From Heteronotia binoei (lineage: Eukaryota), in assembly GCF_032191835.1 (NCBI RefSeq), contig NC_083233.1, positions 24,490,001 through 24,554,000 on the forward strand: a stretch of 64,000 bases of DNA. The letters are read 5' to 3'. The notes under the pieces are model-generated. The model saw only the letters and a program-made list of their open reading frames with translations, did not search any database and was not told where the DNA came from. Positions 51,801 through 64,000 of this stretch are shown piece by piece (positions within the stretch are counted from its first letter, which is position 1; each line of letters begins with the position of its first letter). The position numbers were made by a program, and so were the translations under genes.

Positions 51801-54800
51801 CTGCAGCCAACATAGCAGAGATTTACTAGACTGTGGGCAAAATGGACAGGATTTATGCATTTATTTATGTATTTAGATAGTTCGTAATAAACCAATATAC
51901 AGGATATGGAATATTAAGATCTATACCATGACGGATCCCTAAAACAAAGCATGACATGCGTGCACACACACAAATCTTTTATGTAGTCTTTTGCAAAAGC
52001 ATGTTCAACTTGTTTTTTGGTTAAATTTCTAGATAGATAGATAGAATTCTTGGCTACATCTTCAAAAATGCAAGATCTGAAATGAAATTGAATAGATAAT
52101 GTTTGCTATTGGTGTGGTGACCATGCCACAGTGCCTGCAACACGGTGTAGAGTTATTTTACATACTTTCAATGTACTTTCAGTGTACTCCGCAACTGGAT
52201 TTTACTATGCAAAATGACAAAATCCACTTGCAAATAGTTGCTGGAGTGGCTTGAAACTGCATTATTTAGCATTCGTGAAAGCATATCTTAATAAAACAGT
52301 GGGGTGAATTCTTGGCTATATCTTCTCCAAAAATGCAACATCTGAAATGAAATTGAATGCCTGGGTCACCACCATCTAAAACAGCAGAGGGCATCGGTTG
52401 TTGACAGGATTGGGACCATGCTGATAGGAAATTTTGTAAGAACTATTACATAGGGATGCCATGAATTTTGTAGCAAATGTGTTTGACAGTCGGATTTCCT
52501 GTGTTCCACTGTGGTGATCCTATGTTAGCCAGTTCTTGCCACTGAATGACTTGAAATTTTCCCAAACCGGTTTGTATGTTTTTCTTCTCAAAGCTTCACA
52601 TGTGCGAAAGATGCTGTCCATCAAAGAGATGAGCAGCCATTAACATAGCTAAGGACTGACTGATTTATCTGTGTCTATTTCAGCAATGGTTGGCTGAACG
52701 GAGCAGCAGTGTAGTAAGGGCACGCAAGCGTGCCTGAAAAGCTGATCAAGAACTTTCATGCTGTTAGAAAGGAAGAGAGTGAAGTCACCTGGCAAACAGC
52801 CACAAACAGGCTGACAAATGAACAGTCCACTGAGAAACAAACTGTAAGATTTTGCAGTTACTCAGAAATACACAGAAAATCTCTTTGGGGTCTAGCAGCA
52901 ATTTTTCTCCAGGGCAGTTTGCCAGGGATCCTGGAGAGGGGTTTTTTTTGCCATCTTTTTGCCATTTGTGTGTGTGTGTGTGTGTGGAGAGGTATTTGTG
53001 AATTTCCTACATTGTGCAGGGGGTTGGACTAGATGACCCTTGAGATCCCCTCCAACTGTAGGATTCTCCTTTAGTTAACAGAGTAACTTGACTCAGCCCT
53101 GATCTGGATAGCCCAGGCTAGCCCAGTCTCATCAGACCTCAGAATCTAAGCAGGATTGGCCCTAGTTAATATTTATATAGGAAGGAAGTAGAAGTAAGTA
53201 GTTTACTTAGCCATGAATAAAAAGCAAGTACTTCTTCACCCAAAGAATGATTAACACTTGGAATTCACTGCCACAGGAGGTGGCGGCAGCTGCAAGTATA
53301 GACAGCTTCAAGAGGGGAATGGGTAAACATATGGAGCACAGGTCCATCAGTAGCTATTGGCCACAGCGTATTGTTGGAACTCTCTGTCTGGGACAGTGAT
53401 GTTCTGTATTCTTGGTGCTTGCGGAGGGGGGGCACAGTGTGAGGGCTTCTAGTGTCCTGGTCCCACTAATGGACCTCCTGATAGCAGCTGGGGGTTTTTG
53501 GCCACTGTGTGACACAGATTGTTGGACTGGATGTGCCATTGGCTGCCCCTGTACCGAACTCGGAAACTGCAGCTAGTGCAGAATGCAGCAGCCAGACTGT
53601 TAATGGGACTACCTCGGTGGGAACATGTACGGCCTAGGCTGCGAGAACTGCACTGGCTGCCAATTGTGTACCGAGTCCATTACAAGGTGCTGGTTATTAC
53701 CTTTAAAGCCCTATATGGCCGAGGACCTGTTTACCTTAGGGACTGTCTCTCTCCATATGTTCCCCAGAGAGCACTGAGATCTAGTTCACAAAATCTTCTG
53801 AAAATCCCTGGGCCAAAGGAGGCTAAGTTAAAAACAACTAGGGAGCAGGCCTTCTCAATAATGGCACCCCAATGGTGGAACCAGCTGCCAGAAGAGGTGT
53901 GGGCCCTGTGGGACTTTAACCAGTTCTGTAGGGCTTGTAAAACTGCCCTCTTTCAACTAGCCTTTTAAGTTGAATTTAGCAGTAACATCAAGCCATCTTT
54001 ATATATACTGAGTCCATAGCACCGTTACGTTTTACTGGATTTTAGACTATTTATGTAATTTAATTAATATATGAACAGTTTTATATTGTTACTGTTTTGA
54101 TTTTATTGTTGTTGTATCATGGTATGTGCCATGTCCTGTAAGCTGCCCTGAGCCTGCCTTGGCGGGGAGGGCGGGGTATAAATAAAAATTTGTTATTATT
54201 ATTATTATTATTATCCAACATGGCTTCTCTTATGTTCTTATATTCTAGTGGACTGGAACTACTCCAGGTTCTAGTTATCCTGGAAACTAATATAAACATG
54301 AAACAGACTGCTGAACATCACACAGGCTGTCTTTTTCGACAAACAAGCTATCAGCCAACATGACAGATGTTCAAGCGCCCTCCTATTAAATAGCACCCAA
54401 TAGACTTTATTAAATGTAATCATGCAATGTGAAGGGGTTGATTTAATCAGTCTGAATCAGGGCATCTTTTAGTCTGGTTTTGACTGTCTTTTGTCTTTCA
54501 AAATAATAGACTTCAGTCTTAAAAAGCCAGGAGACTCTCCTTGATAGATCAGGGATCGGTAAGCAGTCATGACTGAGTCTTAACAGTTGTTTCCTTTTCC
54601 CTCCAGCACACCGGCATGTACGCCTTGATTTCCAAAAGCATGAGGAAAATTGTTGAAGGCAAGGACCCTCTGGAGGGGCAGAAGCATCGCTGTGGGATGG
54701 GCAACATGTTTGATTATCACAGCACAGGCTACACAGATCTGGATGAGTTGCAGAGGACGCCCCAGCCCCTCATCTTCATCATGGAGCTTTTCAAAGTGAG

Positions 54801-57800
54801 CAATAGATTCAGAGAGAAGACAAAGGCTGTTGCAGTCTACCATCTTTCCATGGGATTTTACACAATCTATTCCCAGTGTGATAGATCACGGGTGGCCAAA
54901 CTTGCTTAATGTAAGAGCCACATAGAATAAATGTCAGATGAGCCACAAGACATGAATGTCAGATGTTTGAGAGCCACAGGGGAAGGAAGGAAGGAAAATA
55001 GATGGGGAGGGAGAGGTGGAAAGAAAGCAACTTTAACTTTAAATGCATTCTCCAAGTTGCAGGCTGGCTTGGCTTGGATATAGATCTAAAGAGAAAAATG
55101 GCTTCTCCAAGATGGCCAAGAGGCCAGTGGAAGCTTTGAGAGCCACACAATATGTGTGAAAGAGCCACATGTAGCTTCCGAGACACAGTTTAGCCACCCC
55201 TGTGATAGATCAAGTTGGGTAGCTGTGTTAGTCTGTCTGTAGCAGCAGAAAACAGCAGGAGTCCAGGAGCACTTTAAAGCCTAACAAAATCTGTGGCAGG
55301 CTATGAGCTTTTGTGAGTCACTGCTCACTTCTTCGTATACAGCTAGAATTCATGGTCTGCACTTTGGGTAGGAAGGGACATAATCTGAATACCAGGAATG
55401 GCTCAAGTTTTGGGTTGCTCTGGAGAGTATGTCCTTCAGTGTCCCGCCCCTGCCCATGCTAGTGTCTTGGTGCTCATGAACAGATAAACCCATCTTGGAG
55501 GAGACACAATTCTTTCATACTTCTACAGATCTTGTTAATAACAACAAAGCTAAAAGAAAGGCATATTTTCTACACACAGGATGATCTGGGGCGTGGGGTG
55601 ACCGCAGAGATGATGAATTACCATTTCCTGTCCTATTCAGGTAGAAGACCCTTCTGCTTACAAACGGGACACGTGGGCCATGAACACAGAAGAGAAGCTG
55701 GTGGCTGTACCGAAGTTACACACCGAGGGAAACCGGTTGGTCCTGTCCCGGAAGTTCAAGGAGGCAGCAGAGAAGTACCAGGAAGCTGTCATCTGCTTGC
55801 GCAACATTCAGGCTAAGGTGAGAATTAATTGGCGATTCTGAGTTTTTGAATTGATGCTCTGGGATCTTCTTAATGGCGGCCACATTGAAGAATAGCAGAG
55901 CCATTGTTTCAGGCCACTTCTCTTGAATCCAGCTCTCCATTGAATCCAGGTGTCCCATATCCATATCCATATGATACAGTTCCACCTCCCAGGGCGATAT
56001 GGATTTTCCCTGTGAATGGACAAGCTACCATCTAGGAACCTATGTGAAGCTGTTTTGAGTTCTTCCCATGAAAGGTTAGTTATAAATAAATTATGAGTGG
56101 GCCAAAGGTAGATAGAGATCCACCAATAGATCATTGGCCAGTTTTTGGTGAATCACTTGGTTGCTAGGCGCCAGAACCCCATGCACTAGGCCTGGTCATA
56201 ATGCTATATCATCTTAATCTAGTATTCCATCTCTGAGCCTATTGCTGTACTGATATATAGAATGCGCCCAATGGAAACCGTCACCTGTGATATAGATGCT
56301 ATTTGTTTTATTGTATTTTATGGTTTTAGCTTGTAGTTTTAAATATTTTAACTTTTGTTGTTCTCTGCCATGAGCCCACTTGCAGGAAAGTGCGGAATAC
56401 AAATTAAAACACATAAATAAGAGTGCATGCATGGAATTGCAGCCTAGATTAGTTATGCCTTAGCTGTCAAGTTGGCTTACAATTTTATGAATCTTTTTAT
56501 GAATCTTTAGCTGGGAGTAAGCCCTACTAAGCACAGTGTAATATGCTTCCATCTGACTAAATACAAAACCCATTAGTGGGTGATGGGGAGTCTACTCAAA
56601 ACAAAAATACACCATGATATAAGACTGACATCAGTCAACCTAATCAGTCAGGTTTTCTTATCTACCATCCCTAATCTTTCCCAGGGCTTTTTTTTTTTGG
56701 GGGGGGGGGGGTTAGAAAAAGCCCAGCAGGGACTCATGTGCATATCAGGCCACATCCCCTGATGCCGAGCCAGCCGGAACTGTGTTCCTGTGCGTTCCTG
56801 CTCAGAAAAAGCCCTGATATTTCCAACTCCAAGTCTCCAACCCAGGCCATTCTATCACTCTAAAATCTTCTTCAGCGCAGGGAATCTATAGTTTTTCACA
56901 TTAACTGGACAAGCTGCCTCTTCAGCCCAGCTATAACAAACTGTCTTACTGTCTTGGGCTAAGGAACAGATTTCATTAGCTGAGCTTTTCAAGAGGAAGA
57001 CGGAAGTATAAATGTAGTGAATATAATGGAAGTAGGATGATAAAGAGTAGGTTTCTTCTTTGCTGCTGGTCGTCCCATAGCCATTTTGCTTTTTTTGGTG
57101 ACCCAGCCTCCCGTTAACCATTAATCCAGGCCATCTTTCCTTGGTCTCTTGACAGGAGAAGCCATGGGAAGAAGAATGGCTACACCTGGAGGAACTCATC
57201 ACCCCTCTTGTGCTGAACTATTGCCAATGCCAACTGGAGCTGGGAGAATATTATGAGGTTTTGGAGCACACTACTGATCTTCTCCAGAAGGACAACGGTA
57301 AGCTGCCTCTCCTGACAGCTGCTTACAGGTCACCCCAAAACTAGACCCAGACTTCTCCCCCCCCCCTTCAACGTTCATAGTCTTTTGAATGGCTAGCAAG
57401 TCATCCCCTCCGAAAATTGTTGAGAATTGGTACTTCTGATTATTTATGTATTATTTATTACGTTAGATGTATATCCGGCCCATTCTACGAAGACTCAAGG
57501 CAACTAACAACATTACAGTGATTGGATCTATTTTTATGGTTTTATCTAATGTGATTCCGGAAGGGAGTCAGGAATTTGAGGTGAAAGAACTGATGTGCTG
57601 AATAGCAGCAGTTCTCTCCCGAACGGGGACACAGAGTCATCAGCATTGCTACTGCAAATGCCAGGAGATTCTGAAGGCAGTGCCTGGGGAGGATGGCGCT
57701 GGGGGGGTGATGTCACTTCAGAGTTTTGCCCAAAAACTAGAACGTCAGTGGTGTGATGATATCACTTTGGATGTCAGCTCCTGGGAAGGTCTGAAGATCC

Positions 57801-60489
57801 CCCTACTGGGAAGCAGGCAGGACCTAGCAACCCTAAATCTGTTGAAGCTCCTGCATTCCTCAACATTTCTCCTTAGGCAGCTACCCATCAGGAATAATTT
57901 TTTGTAAAAACCCTGGAAAACCATCAGAAGCAAAAGCTTCAAACCAAAACCAATAATTTGGGCAATTTAAAAACCAGCAGCAGTCTATTGAAAAGTGCAA
58001 TGCAAAACAGAGCAGAGAGTATTCAAATGATGATAACCAAAAGGCTGCCAAATAAAATAAGACCTTCTCCTGGCAACTGAAGGTCAACAAGTGTGGTGCC
58101 AAGAGGAATGGCTGGGGAGTTTTGCAGTCAAGGGGCCACCAAAGAAAGGACCCCGGTTCCAAAACTTGCCTGCTTTACTTTGGAACATGAGACTAAATGG
58201 ACCTGATATTAATGAAGCTGATCTTAACCGACAGGCAGGCTCAGAAGGGAATAAGTCATCATTCAAATGACGTGGTCCCACATTATTCAGTTGCAAATAG
58301 CACAAACTTTACAAAGGCACTGTAAGTCTCTAGTATTCTCTAATGCGTATTACTGAATCTGACAGTGCCACAACTAGAATTTCTAACTGCTCAGGGTGAT
58401 GGATATAACAAATCTACGAGTTCAGTCTTAATAAATAGTTTTTAACGTGTGAGCAATAGACCAATGCCAAATTAGTAGCATTGTGCCTGTTAGACCAAAG
58501 AAATGATTTTGTATCCTTAGACCCCGAGATTTGGCTTAAAATTCAGGCTACAAATCCTAACTGAGCTATGAATGCCATCAGCTTTGTTGAGGCCAGCTAA
58601 AAGTTTGAACTCTCAGATCCCCTTATCTGAAAAAGTAAAAAGGTCCTCTGACAAGAGAGCGTGTGAGAAAATGATTTGTCTTTATTCTCATTTTAGAAAA
58701 CGTCAAGGCGTATTTCAAACGGGCAAAGGCCCATGCTGCTGTCTGGAATGAAAAGGAGGCACGAACTGACTTCATGAGGGTGACCCAGCTTGACCCCTCA
58801 TTGGCTGCCGCCGTGAGGAAAGAGATGAAGCTCTTGGGGGAGAGGATGAGGAAGAAATATGTGGAAGAGCGCAAGAAATACCAGGGCATCTTCGACCACC
58901 ATCTAGCAAAAGATGGGACTGAAGAGCGAGCTGGGGAGGGGACAAAAGGGCTTGCTAAGGGACAAGAGGAGGTGCAGCACAATAGGCTCAAGGCACAGAT
59001 GGAAGAAAATGGGCCAGAAGCCCTGGAAGAAAGTAGAGCAGAAGCCCTGTGGTCTGAGAGAGAGGCAAAATGGCCAGGAGTGGGTGAGAAGGATGGAGAA
59101 ATAGAGCAAGGAAATTGGGACAAGGAAGACCAAGGAGGACTCCTAAGAAAGGAGAGGGCAATGGACAAGAAGCAGGAAGAGATGATGGTGGCTGAAACTG
59201 GAGATGAAATGCAAGAAAGCCAAGCTCAACAAAAGGACCGCAGCTTTTTCTGGGAAGAGAGGGCAAGTTGGGAAACCTCTATGTCCAACCAACAGTTGGG
59301 GTTTGGGGAATGGAAACCAAAGGAAGAGCAAGAAAAGGCAGAAGAGACAATGACTTTGGGGACACCAGAACAAAATGGAGCACTAGGCTTTGCAACAGTA
59401 AAAGGAGAGCGAAGAAAACTCATTCGGAGATATTCTGGGGAGGACGTGGAGGAAGCTGCGGGAGATTTCTGGTCCATCACAGAGGACATGTTTAACCAAG
59501 AGTGCTGCGAGGCAGAGAGGAGCTTCCTGGGAGCAGAGAGGGAAGAAGATGAAGCAAGGAATGGAGAAACCCAAGCTAGAGATTCTTCTCGACCTCAGGA
59601 AGAGACAGGCTGGGCAGAGGACTTCACGGAATGGGCAAGAGAGGAGAGTTCTGAGGAACTCTTCGAAGAGGATTTCTTCCAGGCCCCTCAAGGAGAGCCA
59701 GAGAGAGGAGAAAGGATGACGACAGAACTGAGTCCAAGGGAAGAGTCCTCCCCAGAATGGTGGGATTGTGCGGGGCTAAGGGAGGAGACTTCCACCGCTG
59801 AGAAGGAAGAACGCAAAGCAGAAATGGAATGGCAAGGAAAAGAAATACAAACTGCTGTTTGTTCCAGGCCAGTGCAGGAGTCACATGGATACGCAAACAG
59901 CTGCTGCAAGGAGTACCACGAAGCAGAGACAGACCTCAAAGAGATAGTTACAGGAGCCGAAAACTGTAGGGAAGGAATACAAGACGAGAGCTCCAACAGA
60001 GAGATAATCTTTGAAGGAAAGTTTTCATGGGAACAGAGAGATGAGCGCATAGAAGAAATTACTAGCTGTGTGCAGGAAAAGACCAAAGTTGAGTCGAGCT
60101 CTAGGGCTCAGGAAGAGAGCTGGGAGTATGAAGTAGGCCTAGAATGTCTGGAGGATGAGCTGTGCTTTAGGATTGAGAAATTCAAGGTAGGAATGGGTGA
60201 AGGGAATTCTGACAGAGATCAAGGCAAGGAGGATTTCCTCTGGGAATGGCCAGAGAACACAGGAGAGATGACTCACCTGAGCATGAAGGAAGAACCTCTC
60301 TCTCCCTGGAGTGGTGGAGATACACCAAAAGTCGAAGGTGGAGGCCCACACGTTACAAGAGGTAAAGACACAAGCCAAGCTTGCTGCACAGTGCAGATGG
60401 CTGAGCCTGGAGTGAAAAGCGTGCCCAACGTTTGGGGTACAAAACAGCCCAGCCCAGTAGAGGAGGAAGCCCAGGGAAACAGGAAGTGA
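48837..60489 (+). CDS. AIPL1-like (AIP-family FKBP-like + TPR co-chaperone) with long acidic C-terminal extension, 858 aa
   Basis: Exons 48837-48932, 49760-49939, 54607-54795, 55641-55817, 57156-57297, 58697-60489(TGA): 96/180/189/177/142/1793 nt, 2577 nt in frame. The first five sizes equal the human AIPL1 boundaries (c.96/276/465/642/784). Peptides [63 protein letters not shown] keep W72, C89, C239 and W278 equivalents in register. Confidence 0.93.
50310..50583 (+). mobile_element. tRNA-derived SINE
   Basis: Same family as 37798. Confidence 0.85.
53215..54240 (+). mobile_element. CR1 3' fragment split by an inserted L2 3' fragment (about 53546-54212)
   Basis: CR1 UTR runs to ...ccattggc at 53546. 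Then L2 peptide [20 protein letters not shown]...LHWLP...KTALFQLAF and a (TTA)n tail. CR1 resumes as tccaacatggcttctcttatgttctta at 54214-54240. Confidence 0.88.
54887..55202 (-). mobile_element. hAT-type MITE (CAGGGGTGGCCAAAC family)
   Basis: Exact TSD TGATAGAT (54879-54886, 55203-55210). Confidence 0.88.
56682..56816 (-). mobile_element. hAT-type MITE (CAGGGCTTTTT family)
   Basis: TIRs present; flanks ATCTTTCC / ATATTTCC. Confidence 0.8.
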
Positions 60490-62173
60490 AGTATGAAACG
60501 TATGGGGATGTATGTTGGTTGCTATGGCCTGCTGTGACTTTCAGGGCTGGACTGAAGTCACGCTAGCTAGCAATCTGTGCTGAAGCCAGCTCGCCTCCAG
60601 GCATCCAGGTTCTAAGATCTGCGCTTGTTAATCACAAAGGGAGATGGGACAGCAATTTCATCTAGGAAAGAATGGCCACAGTCGCCAATCAGATTACACT
60701 GCAGCTCAGCCAGGTAGCCCAAACATGCTCTTGTCCTCCTTTCTTGGTCTGTCTGTATCCCTTCCTCCCCCACCTCCTGTTGGGTTTCCAGCAGCAAAAC
60801 CGCCCTCTATGGTGTCATCTGGCATCTTTAGCAGCTGTGCAACCTGAGTTGTGAAAAGGTCAGTACTTTGTTCAGTGTTTTAGATGGCCTGAAAGAGGAA
60901 CTGCTGCTCATGATGCATACACACATCCCACTGCTGCTTTTGGGCAAACTGGTCTTGTATGACACAGAGGTGGCAAAAAGATCATGGTTTGGAATGATGT
61001 CTTCTCTAGATGCTCTGTGTTCTTGCTGTATAATATGTTGGCTGGGTAGCAAGCAGAGTTTGTGCTTCAAGTTTGCAAAAGCAAGCTGCTTTGCCCCACA
61101 GGTTGTACTGCCAGTTTAGTGTTTAAATTAAAATAATTACCTGGAAGCATCTCGGGCATTTGAAGACATGCACATTTTTATTCCTTTACACAGGGATCAT
61201 TTTGTAGAAAAATACGTGGTGGAGCTCATCCAGGGATTGTTATGCAGCTGCACATACTATTCAATGGACAAGGAGGTGGAACACTCAGAAGGAGAAAGTG
61301 GAACTCTCAGAAAGGTTCAGGAGCTGTGCTCTTGTGAGCTTCCACTGAATCCAAGATCTGCCTTTACACATGGTAAAATGCACATCCCTTCAGTTCTAAA
61401 CAATGCAATCTATCCAATTACATGCTGTTAGTGTTGATTCCCCCTTTTCCCCTGCAGATCCCTATTACCACTGGAACTAAATTTCAGGAGGCTCAGGGGG
61501 ATGCAGTAAGACTTTAATGTATAAAGCAAACAAGCACCCCCTACTTTGGGGGCAACTCCTCTTGACTCAGCTGAAATGTAACTAGGGTTGCCATCTTCAG
61601 CTTAGGGAAGTCTTAGGAATGTGAGAGAGTTCAGGAGAAATGTGATGTCACATCCAGGTCAAAGTTGAATTCTTCTCCTGCCTGTGGGGTCACCTACGCC
61701 CCCCCCCACCAAAACCCAGAGTTTAAATTTCCCACCTTGTACCACATCTCCCAGCCCTTTTCTGTGACCTTACATCATTTGTAGTCTACTGTATTCATGG
61801 TTCTGTAGATCATACTCACCCTTTGATATGTGTGTATCTAGCTGCTGTCCACTTATGTCCACTTAGCCTCAAGAACTTCCAAAATGCTCTTCAGATTTTT
61901 CTCAGTGTTAAGGAGAAAAATTCATTCCGAAGGTCCACAAGAGGATGCCAAACAGAAGTCTCATGTCTCAGTCCCCAGCTAGCTTCTGGTATATTAACAA
62001 ATGACAGTAAGTTTCTCCTAGTCTCTCTGGTACACCATAGGGGCACAACACTGTTTTACCTGGCTATTTCCCCCCAGGCAGTGTGGGCAGAAGCCAGGAG
62101 TGGGAAGAGGTCTCCCTACTTCCAGGTGTGACTTCTCACAGAAGTTTATTGTGACCACGAACCTCTTATATGC

Positions 62174-62638
62174 CAGGGCCAGCTCTTCTACTAGGCAAAC
62201 TAGGCATTTGCCTAGGATGCCGGCCCTGGAGGGGTGCCAAATTAGGCACCCCCCTTTGTTTCTAAAAAATCCTTCCCCTCCCTCCCCGAATCGCTAGTCT
62301 TCCTCTTTCCCGCCGCTTTCCCCTGCGCCCCGAATCGCTAGTTTTTCCCCTTGCCGTCGCTTTTCCCCACCTCCTCCTCCTCCCTCCCTGAATCGCTAAT
62401 CTTCCCCTTTGCTGCTGCTTTTCCCTGCCTCCTTTCCCTCCCTCCCCGAATCGCTAGTCTTCCCCTTTTCCCCACCTCCTTCCCCTTCTTCCCCAAATCG
62501 CTAGTCTTCCCCTTTGCTGCCGCTTCTTCCTGCCTCCTTCCCCTATAGATAGGGGTATGAAGGGGCAGCAGGGAGAGTGGAGGGCACGGTGGGGGGGTGG
62601 GATGCACAGCAAGGCTGCCTGGGGTGCTGCTGGCCCTG
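62174..62638 (+). mobile_element. Probable hAT-type MITE containing a pyrimidine-rich minisatellite
   Basis: TIRs cagggccagc / gctggccctg; five copies of (c)cgaatcgctagtcttcc between 62286 and about 62515; TSD poorly conserved. Confidence 0.6.
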
Positions 62639-64000
62639 GTTACTGCAGGCTCTTAGAGGAATGGCACTGCACCAGTACAATAGCTTCCTTTCATGTAACT
62701 TTATAAACTAGAGTGAGAACAACAAACAGTGAGAAACAGGCATACGGATTCATCCCAAAGAGGGCAGTGTTCCCACAGAATCAAGAATGAAACCAAACAG
62801 TGCGATATAAAAACAAATTTATTATTTTTTTCCAGAGCAGAAATGGAAAGATTTGAGCGAGGACACCCACATGATAGCCAGTTATAATGCATTTTCTTCC
62901 CAGTCTTTGAACAAAGAAACTCATCACTCATTCATACCTCAAGCAATCCCTTTGAAAGTGTAGAAGCAATCACAGGTTTTTACCCAACCAAGTTCAGCCC
63001 TAGTTCTTGGCTGTAGAAGTCTCGGAGGAGTTGCAAAGGAAAGAAGGTAGATCATTTGGCATCTGAAGGTTTAGCTCAAGAGAATTTGGGGGGTTCCAAA
63101 GCCTCATAGTTGGTTGGATCCTGTGATAATCTTTGCTGACGGCAGAGATTTTTGTCAACAGAATGGGATTTTCTTGCCTCCCTCCTTCCCACTGCAGCAT
63201 GAAATGGTGCTTTTGGGACAGAAGACCTTACACAAAGGAATAATGGGTCCTTTGGGGGTCTGCAGTGGAAGGGGGTAATCATCAAAAAATGTCCCTCCTT
63301 CCATTAGTGAAAATTTGCCACTTGATCCAATCCCATGTGACTGTGAGGCTGGGGAAACCAGCAAACTCTGACACTCCTTTTAAAAATCGTTGCCTTGTAC
63401 CACAATAGTTCCATTGTCCACTGACATGAAAACAGACTTGTACATATTTTAAAGAGCAACACTCACAGCTCAACAGCCCATTGTACTTTCTCTATCGTCT
63501 GGAAAGGGCAGGATGCAAAAGACTTGCGATTGCCTTCATTGGTTTTATTACAACGTTGGTGTATTTGCTGGATGCTGACCTTTGGAAGCTGTTCAGTAGA
63601 AATGCCTGTTTTAAATTTTCACCTGACAATTAGTAACCATGATTAAAAGACAGCCCTGCTCTTCGCAACACAAAAGAAAGAGATCACAATGAAACCACGT
63701 TGCTTCCTGACATGTTCTGTGGCAATGCTGTCCATTTGCAGCCGGTGAAGGAAGCCCCGCTGCTCCCCTGTGCAGACATTCAAGAGGGGTTCTCATCATC
63801 TGGGTAAAGCAAATCTCTGTGGTCTTTGGCAAGGGGACAAGCTATTGCAGCAAAAAGGGAAGACTGAGGCCCAGTTGCCAGGTACATCTACACCACAAAA
63901 TTAAACCATTAGCAAATCTACTTAACTGTCATGGCTTGCACCCGTGGTGTGTGGGAACTCTGCAAAAGAAGTTAGGAGCAGCAAGAAGGAATCCTTATTG

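Noticed and set aside
58623-60378. Multiple minus-strand Ser/Leu/Phe-rich ORFs
   Set aside because: Expected mirror of the purine-rich Glu-coding strand of the AIPL-like last exon.
62286-62530. Repeat-spacer pattern resembling a CRISPR array
   Set aside because: Vertebrate DNA; the spacers are related low-complexity pyrimidine tracts, the repeats are degenerate, no cas genes are present, and the array lies within MITE TIRs.
62650-64000. Possible 3' UTR of DRP2 on the minus strand, expected from human synteny
   Set aside because: Repeat-poor, with a TTTATT at 62818-62823, but no coding exon is visible in the window, so it cannot be supported.

Overview
Vertebrate genomic DNA from a squamate reptile. 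Sauria-type SINEs, CR1/L2 LINE fragments, Penelope-like relics and hAT MITEs point to a lizard, probably a gecko (inference). The window matches the human Xq22.1 BTK-TIMM8A-TAF7L block. Gene order: 3' half of BTK (+, 10 exons, SH2 and kinase); TIMM8A (+, 2 exons); a NIPA2-like Mg2+ transporter (-, 5 coding exons); an intron-containing TAF7/TAF7L gene (+, 11 coding exons, one with a U12-type intron); an AIPL1-like FKBP-TPR co-chaperone (+, 6 exons). All exon chains were rebuilt by hand from GT-AG boundaries and stay in frame. Highlights: (1) the AIPL-like gene keeps human AIPL1 exon sizes exactly but its last exon adds a 528-aa Glu-rich tail; (2) the NIPA2-like and AIPL-like genes have no counterpart at the human locus and look like genome-duplication paralogues lost in mammals; (3) NIPA-like and TAF7 appear to share a very compact bidirectional CpG promoter; (4) Penelope-type minimal hammerhead ribozyme motifs occur, one in sense orientation inside a BTK intron. 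No prokaryotic features or CRISPR arrays. Comparisons with human or zebrafish genes are from memory and need database confirmation.
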